Below are positions 34,900-44,088 of a DNA stretch of 64,000 nucleotides, one piece after another (within the stretch, counting starts at the first letter, position 1; each line of letters opens with the position of its first letter). This DNA comes from Solirubrobacteraceae bacterium (GTDB lineage: Bacteria; Actinomycetota; Thermoleophilia; Solirubrobacterales; Solirubrobacteraceae), in contig JANJTP010000019.1 of NCBI GenBank assembly GCA_024711025.1, forward strand, positions 10,005 to 74,004, read 5' to 3'. The notes under the pieces are model-generated. The model was not told the origin of the DNA. It made no database searches and saw only the letters and a program-made list of their open reading frames with translations. A program made the translations under genes and the position numbers.

Positions 34900-35516
34900 G
34901 CGACGCCCGTTCGGCGGAGCACGACGGGGATGGTGGCGAGCAGGATGCGAAGCTCCTTCCAGAGCGAGGGGTGGCGGAAGAACGCGATCTCCAGCCGCGA
35001 GCGCTCCTCGAAGTCGAGGGTGTCGCGGCCGTGGACCTGCCAGGGGCCGGTGATGCCGGGACGGAAGTCGAGTCGGCCGGTCTGCCAGAGCTCGTACGTC
35101 TCGCCGCCGAAGCTCGTCGGCCGCGGCCCGACGAGCGACATGTCGCCGCGCAGGACGTTGACGAGCTGGGGCAGCTCGTCGAGGCTGGTCTTGCGCAGCA
35201 CCCGTCCGATACGCGTGACGCGCGGGTCGTGCGGGAGGCGGAAGTCCGGCCAGGCGACGACGCTCTCGCCCCGAAGCTGCTCCTTCAGCGCCTCGGCGTT
35301 CCGCACCATCGTGCGGAATTTCAGGAGCTCGAATCGCCGCCCGCCCATGCCGGTGCGCTCCTGCCGGAAGAGGACCGGGGCGCGCGGGTCGCTGAGCAGC
35401 GTCAGCAGGGCGATCAGCAGCATCAGCGGCGACAGGACGAGCAGCGCGACGAGCGACACGACGAGGTCGAGCGCACGCTTGAAGAGCCAGTAGCCCGGGG
35501 GAGCAAGGTCCGACAT
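34896..35516 (-). CDS. undecaprenyl-phosphate sugar phosphotransferase (small PglC/WcaJ-C-terminal type priming enzyme)
   Basis: In-frame part of ORF 34896..36719(-) from ATG 35516. Bacterial sugar transferase hallmarks: WLFKRALDLVVSLVALLVLSPLML, KFRTM, DELPQLVNVLRGDMSLVGPRP. Confidence 0.9.
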   Translation of the reverse strand: MSDLAPPGYWLFKRALDLVVSLVALLVLSPLMLLIALLTLLSDPRAPVLFRQERTGMGGRRFELLKFRTMVRNAEALKEQLRGESVVAWPDFRLPHDPRVTRIGRVLRKTSLDELPQLVNVLRGDMSLVGPRPTSFGGETYELWQTGRLDFRPGITGPWQVHGRDTLDFEERSRLEIAFFRHPSLWKELRILLATIPVVLRRTGVA

Positions 35517-35936
35517 CGAAGTGAGCTGCGACTGCGTGTCGCGGTCGCTCGGGGCCGGACGACGGGTTGGTGCCCCTGAGCGCCGGGGATCGTAACAAGC
35601 GCCCCGGAGCCCATCGCCGGATGCCGAGGCCTGCCGCGGCCTGCCGAGCGGCCGACTGCGGAACCATGCACGCGGCGGCTCGTCCGAGCGGGCGGCGCTG
35701 GGAATCCCATCCGACTCCCACCCGTGGAGGTGGGGAGCTCTTCCGGCAACAGGGTGGTCACCGACAGCCCGGCCGGCGCCCACCCGGGTGCAAGCGGGGT
35801 TGGCGGGCGCTACCCGCGCGGCGCCCCAAGACCGTCCCGCGGGCCGTTTCACGCCAGGAGCCGCGCCCTTAGCTTGCCGTCGTCCGCCGGGCGCTCGGGG
35901 GGAGCCGGCGTCCGGAATCGCCGAAAGGAGGAGCGA

Positions 35937-38297
35937 ATGCTCGCTCACAGACACGGCACGCCACGGAAGCGGCGATGGTTGGTGACGGCGCCGCTCGCCG
36001 CTCTGGCGGCGGTCGCGATCGCACCGACCGCCCAGGCGGGCGTGCCCGGCTACCAGGAGCGTGTGATCGGCGGTCATCCGCCCGACATGTTCACGACGAA
36101 CGTCCCGTACGTCGCCTGGCGCGGCGAGCAGGTGCGCGCCGTCAAGTGCGACGACAGCCTGCGCGACGGCGACGGGAACCTGCGCGACAGCGCGAGCGTC
36201 GACGTGCTCGTCGAGTCGTGGTCCGGCCCCGGCCGTGACCCGCAGGTCGAGGCGGGGACGGTCGACTCGCTGTTCTGGTCCTCGGACCGCAAGCCGTGCG
36301 TGCGATTCGACATGGTCTCTTCCGACGCGGGCCTCGCGCGCGTGAAGCTCGTCGTCAGCGACGAGGGCAAGGTGCCGATCGTCAAGCACCAGTTCCTGTT
36401 CATCTGGCTGTCGCTCGGCAACGTGGCGATCGACGAGGTCGGCGCGAACGACCCGACCGGCGCGCAGCCGGCCGGCTCGTATGCCGAGGTCGGCGACCCC
36501 GCCGGCGACGGCAACTTCAACGCCGGCTCCAAGCCGGGGCGCGTGCAGGTGCAGGTGACGGGCACGTTCCCGCATCCGCTTGCGCCGGGCGGCACGTTCA
36601 CGCTGCCCAGGGACTGGCCGGCGCTGGCGAACGCGCTGGCGACCGACAACAACCCCTACAACGACCCCGACGCCGATCGCTGGGACATCCACGACGACCA
36701 GGCGGCGGGCGACCGGCACGTCATCGGTGGGTTCTGCCCAAGCGGGAGCTCGTCCACCAACGACGACGTCGACAACTGCCGAGTCGACCTCGGCTCGAGC
36801 GAGCTCGGCCCGTTCTCGAACGTCTTCGGCTCCGGCGTACAGGCCGGCGGTCCGTTCGACCCGGCGCGTCCCGCAACGCTGCTGAGCAACGGGACCCTCG
36901 ACTCAGGCGATGCGCCGATGCCGGCGACGCGCGTCGACGTGGAGATCGCGCCGAACTCCGGCGCGGCCGGCGACATCAGCGGCGTCGGAACGCTGACGAA
37001 GGTCGACAAGGGCGACGTGTACAGCCGTGACGGCAACGGAACCATCGCGCCGCACAACCTGTTCGCGCCGTACTACGACCAGTGGATCCCGGCGACCGCC
37101 GTCACGGATGCCGGCTATCTGGAGGGATCCGGGATCGACGGGCCGCAGAAGGGGAACAACTTCGAGGGGTTCCTCGTCGGCGGTCTCTACGACAACTGGT
37201 CCACCAAGGAGCTGCGCCGAGCGCTGGACGGCCCGACGAGCTGCAACAAGTACGTGGACTTCCGCTACTCGCTGATCGACGGGCGCGGCCCGTACGACGT
37301 GCCGCGGCTCAAGCCGTACGGCCCGCAGCGCGTGGCGGTCTACACCGACGAGCACGGCGAGGCCCAGGTGGCCTTCAACCCGAACCGGGGGTTCTACTGG
37401 GACAGCCTGCCGGGAGCGATCCGCAACGACAACCGCGGTTGCGACCTGCAGGACGTGGACGTGCTCGGCACCGCCGCGATCACCGCGACGGCGCGCTACC
37501 CGTACCAGCCGGTCGACGACGGCCCGAGGGTCTCGGCGACGATCCACAAGACGGTCCACAACGAGTTCGACAAGTCGCTCAGCTACTGGCCGAAGGGCCC
37601 GGGCGCGGCGAACGAGAACGCGCGGATCGTCGTGGTCCACGCCAACGACGTCGACGGCAGGCCGTTCTCGCACGAGACGGTTTGCTTCTACATCGACGAC
37701 GAGGCGGACGGCTATCGCGGGTTCGCCGGTGAGACCGGCCCGGCCGGCCACAGGGTCCGGATCGACGACGGGTACTCGCCCGTGCCGGTCGGGGACATCT
37801 GCCGCACTCTCGACCAGAACGGGAACGCGGCGATCGAGGTGTTCAACAGCGATCCCCAGAACGTGAACGTCATCGCGGAGTTCGCGGACGAGGGGCTGCT
37901 GCGGGACATCGACGTGCAGTTCGGCAGGCCGGGCTCGAGCGGCGGGACGCCGCCGAGCGGTGACAACCCGTGCCCCGTCAGCCTGAACGGCTGCGGGACG
38001 CCGACGCCGGAGCAGATCGTCGCGACGGCCGGTGCCAAGAGCGGCGCGGCGCTGATCGGCGCGACGACGAAGGCGAAGCCGAGGGCGCGGCATCTCGCCG
38101 TGGCACGGCTGTCGCGGACGCGCGGCGGCAAGCGCGTGCTCGTCGTTCGCGTGACCTCGCCGAGGCGGACCGAGCGCATCTCGGTGCGTGCTCGCAAGCT
38201 CCGGGCGACGCGTACGGTTCGCACGAACCGGCTCGTGCGCGTCAAGCACCTGAAGCTCCCCGCGAAGGGGAAGGTGACGGTCAGGCTCGCGCGCTGA
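35937..38297 (+). CDS. large secreted protein of unknown function (786 aa) with basic beta-strand-like C-terminal tail
   Basis: In-frame part of ORF 35724..38297(+). ATG 35937 is preceded by AAAGGAGGAG. Signal peptide ...APLAALAAVAIAPTAQA. Composition is non-biased (many W/Y/F/N/D) with no motif I recognise. The tail reads KAKPRARHLAVARLSRTRGGKRVLVVRVTSPRRTERISVRARKLRATRTVRTNRLVRVKHLKLPAKGKVTVRLAR. Confidence 0.8.
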   Translation: MLAHRHGTPRKRRWLVTAPLAALAAVAIAPTAQAGVPGYQERVIGGHPPDMFTTNVPYVAWRGEQVRAVKCDDSLRDGDGNLRDSASVDVLVESWSGPGRDPQVEAGTVDSLFWSSDRKPCVRFDMVSSDAGLARVKLVVSDEGKVPIVKHQFLFIWLSLGNVAIDEVGANDPTGAQPAGSYAEVGDPAGDGNFNAGSKPGRVQVQVTGTFPHPLAPGGTFTLPRDWPALANALATDNNPYNDPDADRWDIHDDQAAGDRHVIGGFCPSGSSSTNDDVDNCRVDLGSSELGPFSNVFGSGVQAGGPFDPARPATLLSNGTLDSGDAPMPATRVDVEIAPNSGAAGDISGVGTLTKVDKGDVYSRDGNGTIAPHNLFAPYYDQWIPATAVTDAGYLEGSGIDGPQKGNNFEGFLVGGLYDNWSTKELRRALDGPTSCNKYVDFRYSLIDGRGPYDVPRLKPYGPQRVAVYTDEHGEAQVAFNPNRGFYWDSLPGAIRNDNRGCDLQDVDVLGTAAITATARYPYQPVDDGPRVSATIHKTVHNEFDKSLSYWPKGPGAANENARIVVVHANDVDGRPFSHETVCFYIDDEADGYRGFAGETGPAGHRVRIDDGYSPVPVGDICRTLDQNGNAAIEVFNSDPQNVNVIAEFADEGLLRDIDVQFGRPGSSGGTPPSGDNPCPVSLNGCGTPTPEQIVATAGAKSGAALIGATTKAKPRARHLAVARLSRTRGGKRVLVVRVTSPRRTERISVRARKLRATRTVRTNRLVRVKHLKLPAKGKVTVRLAR

Positions 38298-38308
38298 CGA
38301 CGATGGCG

Positions 38309-38375
38309 GGCGCGGGCTCTGCCCGCGCCGGCCGTGCCCCACGATCCGTGGGCCCCGCCCTCCGGCGGGGCCCAC
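38309..38375 (+). terminator. two GC hairpins downstream of the secreted-protein gene (candidate terminator)
   Basis: GGCGCGGGC-TCT-GCCCGCGCC (38309-38329) and GTGGGCCCCGCC-CTCC-GGCGGGGCCCAC (38348-38375, perfect 12-bp stem). They start 12 nt after the stop at 38297. There is no U-tract. Confidence 0.55.
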
Positions 38376-38418
38376 GCACGTCCACAGCCGGGCGCGGCGA
38401 CCGGGGACGGCGGCCATC

Positions 38419-38550
38419 GGCCGGGCGCGACGACGGGGCGCCACGTGCCCGGGCCGGGCGCGACGACGGGGCGCTACGTCGCTGGGCCGGGCGAGACGAC
38501 CGGGCGCTACGTCGCTGGGCGGGGCGAGACGACCGGGCGCTACCCGAGCC
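38419..38550. repeat. 33-nt tandem repeat x4
   Basis: GGCCGGGCGCGACGACGGGGCGCCACGTGCCCG / GGCCGGGCGCGACGACGGGGCGCTACGTCGCTG / GGCCGGGCGAGACGACCGGGCGCTACGTCGCTG / GGCGGGGCGAGACGACCGGGCGCTACCCGAGCC. The last unit contains the stop and last codons of the minus-strand oxidoreductase gene. Confidence 0.9.
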
Positions 38551-39937
38551 GGTTGACGGCGCGCAGCAGCCAGGGGTCCATCTCGCCGGAGCCCCGCCCG
38601 CGCGCGAAGCCCGCGTCCTGGCGGAGCATCACACGGCGCGTGAGCTCGGCGCCGGCGCTGCGCAGCGGCTCGGGCGGGAAGCGCGGCTCGCGCGCGTCGA
38701 CGAAGCACAGGCTCGTGTGCTCGGTGACGCCCAGGCCCAGCGCCTTGTCGCGCAGCACCTTGCCGCCGGTGTGCGTCGGCGCGACGCCGTGCCCGTTGTA
38801 GGCGAGCCCGTAGTGCACGCGCGGGTCGCTCGGCGACGTTCCGAAGATCGGCAGGAACGTCGCGGTGATCCCGACCGGCCCGCCCCAGTGGTGTGTGAAG
38901 CGCACGCGCTCGAGCTGGGGGAAGGTCTCACGGAACGTCGCCGCGAGGCGTCGCAGGACGCTTGCGCTGCGGTCGTGCCGGGGCCGGATCCGGGCGCCCG
39001 GGTACACGACGCCGTCGGAGCCGCCCCACAGGATCCGCCCGTCGTCGGTCCGCCGGTAGTAGTGGACGAAGTTGCGCTTGTCCTCGATCCCCTGGCGACG
39101 CTCCCAGCCGACGCTCGCCCACTGCTCGTCGGTGAGCGGCTCGGTCAGCGCGACGTACGTGTAGAGCGGGGTGATCCGCCGCCTGAACTCGGGCGCCTGG
39201 GCGGCCCAGGCGCTGGTCGCGAGCACGACCTGCTGCGCCGCGAGCTCCCCGCCGGGGGTGCGCACGCGAACCGCGTCGCCACCCGGCTCGAGCGCGGTCA
39301 TCGGCGTGCCCTCGAAGATCTGTGCGCCGCGCTGCTCGACGATCCGCGCGAGCCCGCGGGCGAGCTTCGCCGGGTGCAGCACGCCGCAGTGCTCCTCGTG
39401 GAGCGCTCCCACGTACGTGGGGGAGTGGACCTCGGCCTGCGCCTCCTGCGCGCTCAGCCGACGGAAGCCCCCGAGTCCCAGCGCCTCGGCCGCCGCCAGG
39501 TCGGCATCGACGCGCTCGAGCTGAGGGCGGTTCGCGGCGACGACCATCAGCCCGCCGCGGACCCACTCGCAGTCGATGCCGTGGCGCTCGATCGTCGCGC
39601 CGATCTCCTCGACGCTGCGCGTGACCGCGAGGTGCGCCGCGCGAGCCCGTTCGTCGCCGTGGTTGCGCCTCAGGTGGGCGAGGCTCATGTCGAGCAGCGT
39701 CATCGCGAAGCCGCCGTTGCGCCCGCTCGCGCCGAAGCCGATCTCCTGCCCCTCGACGATCGCGATCCGCAGGCGCGGCTCCGCGTCCTGGAGGTGGTAG
39801 GCGGTCCAGAGCCCGGTGTAGCCGCCGCCGACGATCGCGACGTCGACGTCGAGTCGCTCGGCGAGCGCCGGCCGAGGGTCGTGGGGGGCGGTCTCGTGCC
39901 AGTAGATCGACGAGCCGTAAGCGCCGAGGAGGGGCAT
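38540..39937 (-). CDS. FAD-dependent oxidoreductase (DAO family, glycine/D-amino-acid-oxidase-like)
   Basis: In-frame part of ORF 38540..39997(-) from ATG 39937. Dinucleotide fold DVAIVGGGYTGLWTAYHL and GASGRNGG. Full-length DAO-type pattern. Confidence 0.85.
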   Translation of the reverse strand: MPLLGAYGSSIYWHETAPHDPRPALAERLDVDVAIVGGGYTGLWTAYHLQDAEPRLRIAIVEGQEIGFGASGRNGGFAMTLLDMSLAHLRRNHGDERARAAHLAVTRSVEEIGATIERHGIDCEWVRGGLMVVAANRPQLERVDADLAAAEALGLGGFRRLSAQEAQAEVHSPTYVGALHEEHCGVLHPAKLARGLARIVEQRGAQIFEGTPMTALEPGGDAVRVRTPGGELAAQQVVLATSAWAAQAPEFRRRITPLYTYVALTEPLTDEQWASVGWERRQGIEDKRNFVHYYRRTDDGRILWGGSDGVVYPGARIRPRHDRSASVLRRLAATFRETFPQLERVRFTHHWGGPVGITATFLPIFGTSPSDPRVHYGLAYNGHGVAPTHTGGKVLRDKALGLGVTEHTSLCFVDAREPRFPPEPLRSAGAELTRRVMLRQDAGFARGRGSGEMDPWLLRAVNRLG

Positions 39938-40208
39938 GGCGTCCGATGCTATGCGCGGACGTCGTCGGTCCGCCAGCCGTCGGTCGGGCTGCGACACGAG
40001 TCACCGGCGCCGCCTCGCCCTCGATCCCGGCCCCGCACGGCGCTACCGTCGGCGCATGCGACGGCTCGCGACGATCGCCCTGGGCTTCGCGCTCGGCTGG
40101 GCGCTCGCGCTGGCGCATGCGCGACGCGAGCCGTTCGAAGACAGCCGCCGCCGTGGCTGAGCGGGGGCGCGAGGCCGCGTTCGGGGGGGCGCCGGGTGCG
40201 CCGTCAGG

Positions 40209-40781
40209 TCAGGCGTCCGGCGCTTCGTCGCGCGAAGCCCCGGGCCGCCAGAGCGGCTCCTCGCCGCTGTTCGCCCCGCGGCTGAGGATGAACAGCAGGT
40301 CCGAGAGGCGGTTGAGGTAGCGCACGATCTCGGGGTTGGCGCCCTCGACGAGCAGCGCGCGGCGCTCGGCGCGGCGGCAGATCGTGCGGCAGACGTGCAG
40401 GTGGGCCGCGGCGCGCGTGCCGCCGGGCAGCACGAACGAGCGCAGCGGCTCGAGGCCCGCGTTCACCTCGTCGCAGCGCTGCTCGAGCCAGGCGACTTGC
40501 TCGGGCTGCGCTCGCAGCCGCTCGCGACCGCCGGCGCCCTCCGGCACCGACAGGTCGGCGCCGAGGTCGAACAGGTCGTTCTGGATGCGCCGCAGCCAGC
40601 CCGAGTAGTGCTCCGGCATGCCGTCGGCCGTCAACGCGAGGCCGATCTGCGCGTTGAGCTCGTCGACCGTGCCGTAGGCCTCGATGCGCGGGTCGGTCTT
40701 CGGCACGCGGCTCATGTCGCCGAGGTGCGTCTCGCCCGCGTCGCCCAGCCGGGTGTAGATCCGCGTCAGGTTCACCCTCAT
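40209..40781 (-). CDS. PduO-type ATP:cob(I)alamin adenosyltransferase
   Basis: In-frame part of ORF 40209..40991(-) from ATG 40781 (190 aa). IYTRLGDAGETHL, YGTVDELNAQIG, IQNDLFDLGADL, FVLPGG. Confidence 0.9.
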   Translation of the reverse strand: MRVNLTRIYTRLGDAGETHLGDMSRVPKTDPRIEAYGTVDELNAQIGLALTADGMPEHYSGWLRRIQNDLFDLGADLSVPEGAGGRERLRAQPEQVAWLEQRCDEVNAGLEPLRSFVLPGGTRAAAHLHVCRTICRRAERRALLVEGANPEIVRYLNRLSDLLFILSRGANSGEEPLWRPGASRDEAPDA

Positions 40782-40811
40782 GGCGCCGAGCGTAGCGGCC
40801 GGGTATCGTGC

Positions 40812-40985
40812 GCGCTTCGAGGGTCGGTGGTCAAGGGAAGTCCGGTGCGAATCCGGCGCGGACCCGCCACTGTGACCGGGGTCAAGCCCACCGCATGCCG
40901 AGAGGCGGCCACTGGGACGCGACAGCGTTCCGGGAAGGCGCGGGAGGACGGCCCGGGAGCCAGGAGACCTGCCTCCGGCCCGCCA
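40812..40985 (+). promoter_or_regulatory. cobalamin (AdoCbl) riboswitch
   Basis: Plus strand: ...GGTCGGTGGTCAAGGGAAGTCCGGTGCGAATCCGGCGCGGACCCGCCACTGTGACCGGGG...GCCACTGGGA...GGGAAGGCG...AGCCAGGAGACCTGCC. This holds the conserved GGTGnnnAAGGGAA, CCGGTGnGAAnCCGG, B12-box-like GCCACTG and AGCCAGGAGACCTGCC blocks in canonical order. It ends ~35 nt before ATG 41018. Confidence 0.9.
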
Positions 40986-41017
40986 ACGCATACGCCCTCG
41001 TGGAAAGGGGTGGCTTC

Positions 41018-42199
41018 ATGGCCCGCAGTCTCTCTCGCCTCCTCGCAGGAGGTCTCCTGCTCCTCCTCGCGCTCGCCGCGCCCGCCGGCGCGCAGGCACC
41101 GTCGCTGACCGTCCGCGTCGAGGGCGACGCGGACACGCTGCTCGCGCAGACGACGGTGCCGGTGACGGGCGATCCCGTGGTCCGCGGCGGCAACGCCTGC
41201 GACGGGGACAGCGCCCTCGCCGCGCTCGACCGCGCGACCGCCGGCGCCTGGGCGGGTACCTGGAACGCCGGCTTCGGCGACTGGGAGCTGACGGAGATTC
41301 GCGGCGAGGTCCACTCGTTCAGCGCGCCGAGCTACTGGTCGTTCTTCCGCAACGAGCGCCCCGCCGACCTCGGCGTCTGCGGCCAGAAGGTGCAGTCGGG
41401 CGACCGCCTGCTGCTCGCGCCCGCGCCGAGCGACTTCAGCGCAGTCGGCGTGCTGTCGCTCGAGGGCGTGCCCGGCCGGGCACGGCCGAATATGCCCTTC
41501 ACCGTCACCGTGACCCGCACGACGACGACCTTCGATCCGCCGGACTACACGGCGACGACGGTCAGCGCGCCCGCCGCCGGCGCCGCGATCTCGCTGCCGG
41601 GCGGGACCACCGTCACGACCGGCGCCGACGGCAAGGCGCAGGTCACGCTGACGGCCGGCGGGCCGGTCGCGCTGCGCGCCTCGCGCACCGGCGACGTCCG
41701 CTCCGCCACCGTCGCCACGTGCGTCAGCGACGGCGCCGACGGGCTCTGCGGCAGCGTGCGACCGGCGCCGCCGGTCGACCGCGAGGCGCCGGTGGGGCGG
41801 ATCTCGGCCTCGCTGGCCGAGAAGCGCGTCTTCCGGCGCGGCCGGGGTCCCCGCCGTCTCGCCGGCGCCGTCGCCGCCGACCCCTCCGGCATTCGCGACG
41901 TCCGCCTGCGGCTGACGCGCCGGGTGCCCCCGGTCAAGTCCGGCAAGCGGCGCTGCACGCACTACCACGAGGTTCGCGAGCGCTGGGTCCGCAGCGGCAC
42001 CTGCGGCGTCGAGGGTGGGCGCTGGTTCTCGGTCGGCGACCGCGCATCCTGGTCGTACCTGCTGCCCGGGCGCCTCGGCCCCGGTCGCTACGTGCTCGAC
42101 GTGCGCGTCGTGGACGGCGCCGGCAACGTCACGGCGATCGGCCGGCGCTCGAGCGATGGCGGCGCGCCCCGCGATCGCGTCATCTTCTACGTGCGATGA
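41018..42199 (+). CDS. secreted DUF4430 (transcobalamin C-terminal-like) domain protein with Ig-like C-terminal region
   Basis: In-frame part of ORF 40808..42199(+) from ATG 41018. Signal peptide ...LLLLLALAAPAGAQA. DUF4430-type pattern (VRVEG..TLL.., CDGDSALAALDRAT, FGDWELTEIRGE...YWSFFRNERPADLGVCGQKVQSGDRLLL). First gene after the riboswitch. Confidence 0.7.
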   Translation: MARSLSRLLAGGLLLLLALAAPAGAQAPSLTVRVEGDADTLLAQTTVPVTGDPVVRGGNACDGDSALAALDRATAGAWAGTWNAGFGDWELTEIRGEVHSFSAPSYWSFFRNERPADLGVCGQKVQSGDRLLLAPAPSDFSAVGVLSLEGVPGRARPNMPFTVTVTRTTTTFDPPDYTATTVSAPAAGAAISLPGGTTVTTGADGKAQVTLTAGGPVALRASRTGDVRSATVATCVSDGADGLCGSVRPAPPVDREAPVGRISASLAEKRVFRRGRGPRRLAGAVAADPSGIRDVRLRLTRRVPPVKSGKRRCTHYHEVRERWVRSGTCGVEGGRWFSVGDRASWSYLLPGRLGPGRYVLDVRVVDGAGNVTAIGRRSSDGGAPRDRVIFYVR

Positions 42200-42250
42200 G
42201 CCGCGCGAGACCGCACGTGAGGGCCCGATGAGACGCCCCGCGAGGACCCG

Positions 42251-43210
42251 ATGAGACACCCCCGCCGCATCGGCGCTCTTCTCTGCGCCCTGCTCGCCAC
42301 CGCACTCGCCGCGTTGGCGTCCGGCTGCGGCGTCGGGCCGGGGACCACGACCGAGGGCGCCGGCGTCGAGCTGCTCGTAACGCGCGACTTCGGCCGCCAG
42401 GTGATCCTCGACCGCCGGTTCGACGAGCTGCCCGCCTCGGAGACGGTGATGCGCCTGCTGCAGCGCAGCGCCGCGGTGGAGACACGCTACGGAGGCGGCT
42501 TCGTCCAGTGCGTCGACGGCCGCTGCGGTGGCGGCTCGGACGGCCGACGCGACTGGTTCTACTTCGTCAACGGCGTCGAGGCGCCCGCGGGGGCGGCCGC
42601 GACGAAGGTCCGCGCGGGCGATCGGATCTGGTGGGACCTGCGCGACTGGCGCGCGGCGCAGCGTGCCCCCGCCGTCGTCGGCTCTTTCCCCGAGCCCTTC
42701 CTACGCGGGCCGCACGCCGAGCGGCTGGCGGTGCGCGTCGAGTGCGCCGACGTGAAGGCCCCGGCCTGCCGGCGCGTGCGCGCCGAGCTCGTCGCGGCAG
42801 GCGTCGTCGCCGGCACGACCGCGCTGCGCAGCCAGGTGACCGCGGGCGAGACGCTGCGCGTGCTCGTCGGCCCATGGGACGCGCTGCGCGAGGACGAGGC
42901 GCTTCGCCTGCTCGAGGAGGGCCCCCAGGCGAGCGGGGTGTTCGCCGAGCCGCGCGCCGACGGCACCACGATCGCGCTGCTCGACGCGCGCGGGCGCACC
43001 GTGCGCACGCTGGGCGCCGGCAGTGGGCTCGTCGCGGCCGCGCGCCTGGGCCAGGATCCGCCGGTCTGGGCCGTGAGCGGCGTCGGCGCCGCGGGCGTCG
43101 AGGCGGCCGCGCGAGCGTTCGACTCGCGCACGCTGCGGCGGCGCTTCGCGGTGGCGGTCGACGCCTCGGGGCCGCTTGCGCTTCCGCTCGTCCCGGCGAA
43201 GGACGGTTGA
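42251..43210 (+). CDS. DUF4430-domain lipoprotein
   Basis: ORF 42251..43210(+). Signal plus Cys (LAALASGCGVG). DUF4430-type block ETVMRLLQRSAAVETRYGGGFVQCVDGR...DWFYFVNGVEAPAGAAATKVRAGDRIWWDL. Confidence 0.7.
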   Translation: MRHPRRIGALLCALLATALAALASGCGVGPGTTTEGAGVELLVTRDFGRQVILDRRFDELPASETVMRLLQRSAAVETRYGGGFVQCVDGRCGGGSDGRRDWFYFVNGVEAPAGAAATKVRAGDRIWWDLRDWRAAQRAPAVVGSFPEPFLRGPHAERLAVRVECADVKAPACRRVRAELVAAGVVAGTTALRSQVTAGETLRVLVGPWDALREDEALRLLEEGPQASGVFAEPRADGTTIALLDARGRTVRTLGAGSGLVAAARLGQDPPVWAVSGVGAAGVEAAARAFDSRTLRRRFAVAVDASGPLALPLVPAKDG

Positions 43211-44088
43211 TGGGCGCCCCGCGCGCGAGCCCGCTGCACGCGGCGCGCGCCGGCGCGACGATCGCCTACGGGCTGTCGCTCGTCGCGGTCGCGCTCGCGG
43301 GCACGCATCCGCTCGTGCTGGGGACGCTGGCCGTTGCGATCGCGCTCGCCGCGCTGCGCTGTGGCGTCGGCCGCGAGGTCGCACGCGCCGCGCGGCTTGC
43401 GCTGGTGCTCGCCGCGCTGATCGCGCTCGTGAACGCGCTCGTCGTGCGCGAGGGTCTGACCGTCGTGCTGCGACTCGGCGGCGCCGGGCCGCTCGGCGAG
43501 GTCGACGTGACGGCCGAGGCGCTCGTCAGCGGGCTGCTGCTCGGCGGGCGGGTGGTCGTCGTCGTGCTCGCGTTCGCGCTGCTGGCGGCCGTCGTCGATG
43601 CCGATGCCCTGCTGCGCCTGGCGCGCCGGGCATCCTTCCGCTCGGCGCTGACGGCGGTGCTCGCGCTGCGCATCGTGCCGGTCCTCGCGCGCGACGCGCG
43701 GCGGATGGACGAGGCCTGTCGCTGCCGGTCCGACGCGGCGGCGACCGGGACCGCGCGCGGGCGGCTGGCGGTGGTGCGGGCGCTCGCCGCGGGCGCGCTC
43801 GACCGCGCCGTCGACGTGGCCGCGACGCTCGAGCTGCGCGGCTACGCGGCGCGCCGCCCGGCGCCGCGCGAGCGAGGGGAGCCGTGGTCGCGCCACGACC
43901 TGTCCGTCGCCGGCGCCGCCGCCGGGCTGGCCGCGCTCGCGCTCTGGGTCGCGCTCGGCGACGCGGCGGCGATGCGCTCCTACCCGCGGCTCGAGATCGC
44001 GGGCGGCGCGGCTCCCGCGGTGCTCTGCGCCGCGATCGCGCTCGTCGCGCTGGCGCCGCTTGCCGCCCGTCGGGGGATCGCGCGGTGA
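43210..44088 (+). CDS. ECF transporter transmembrane (T) component, CbiQ/EcfT family
   Basis: In-frame part of ORF 42508..44088(+) from ATG 43210 (TGATG overlap), 292 aa, ~5-6 TM. Arg-rich coupling helices (..RIVPVLARDARRMDEA.., ATLELRGY). Confidence 0.75.
   Translation: MGAPRASPLHAARAGATIAYGLSLVAVALAGTHPLVLGTLAVAIALAALRCGVGREVARAARLALVLAALIALVNALVVREGLTVVLRLGGAGPLGEVDVTAEALVSGLLLGGRVVVVVLAFALLAAVVDADALLRLARRASFRSALTAVLALRIVPVLARDARRMDEACRCRSDAAATGTARGRLAVVRALAAGALDRAVDVAATLELRGYAARRPAPRERGEPWSRHDLSVAGAAAGLAALALWVALGDAAAMRSYPRLEIAGGAAPAVLCAAIALVALAPLAARRGIAR

Noticed and set aside
35517-35936. Riboswitch (c-di-GMP or other) in the 420-nt divergent leader
   Set aside because: No conserved core of any riboswitch class I know could be matched by eye. 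Only generic GC hairpins were seen. It is left as a region to scan with Rfam.
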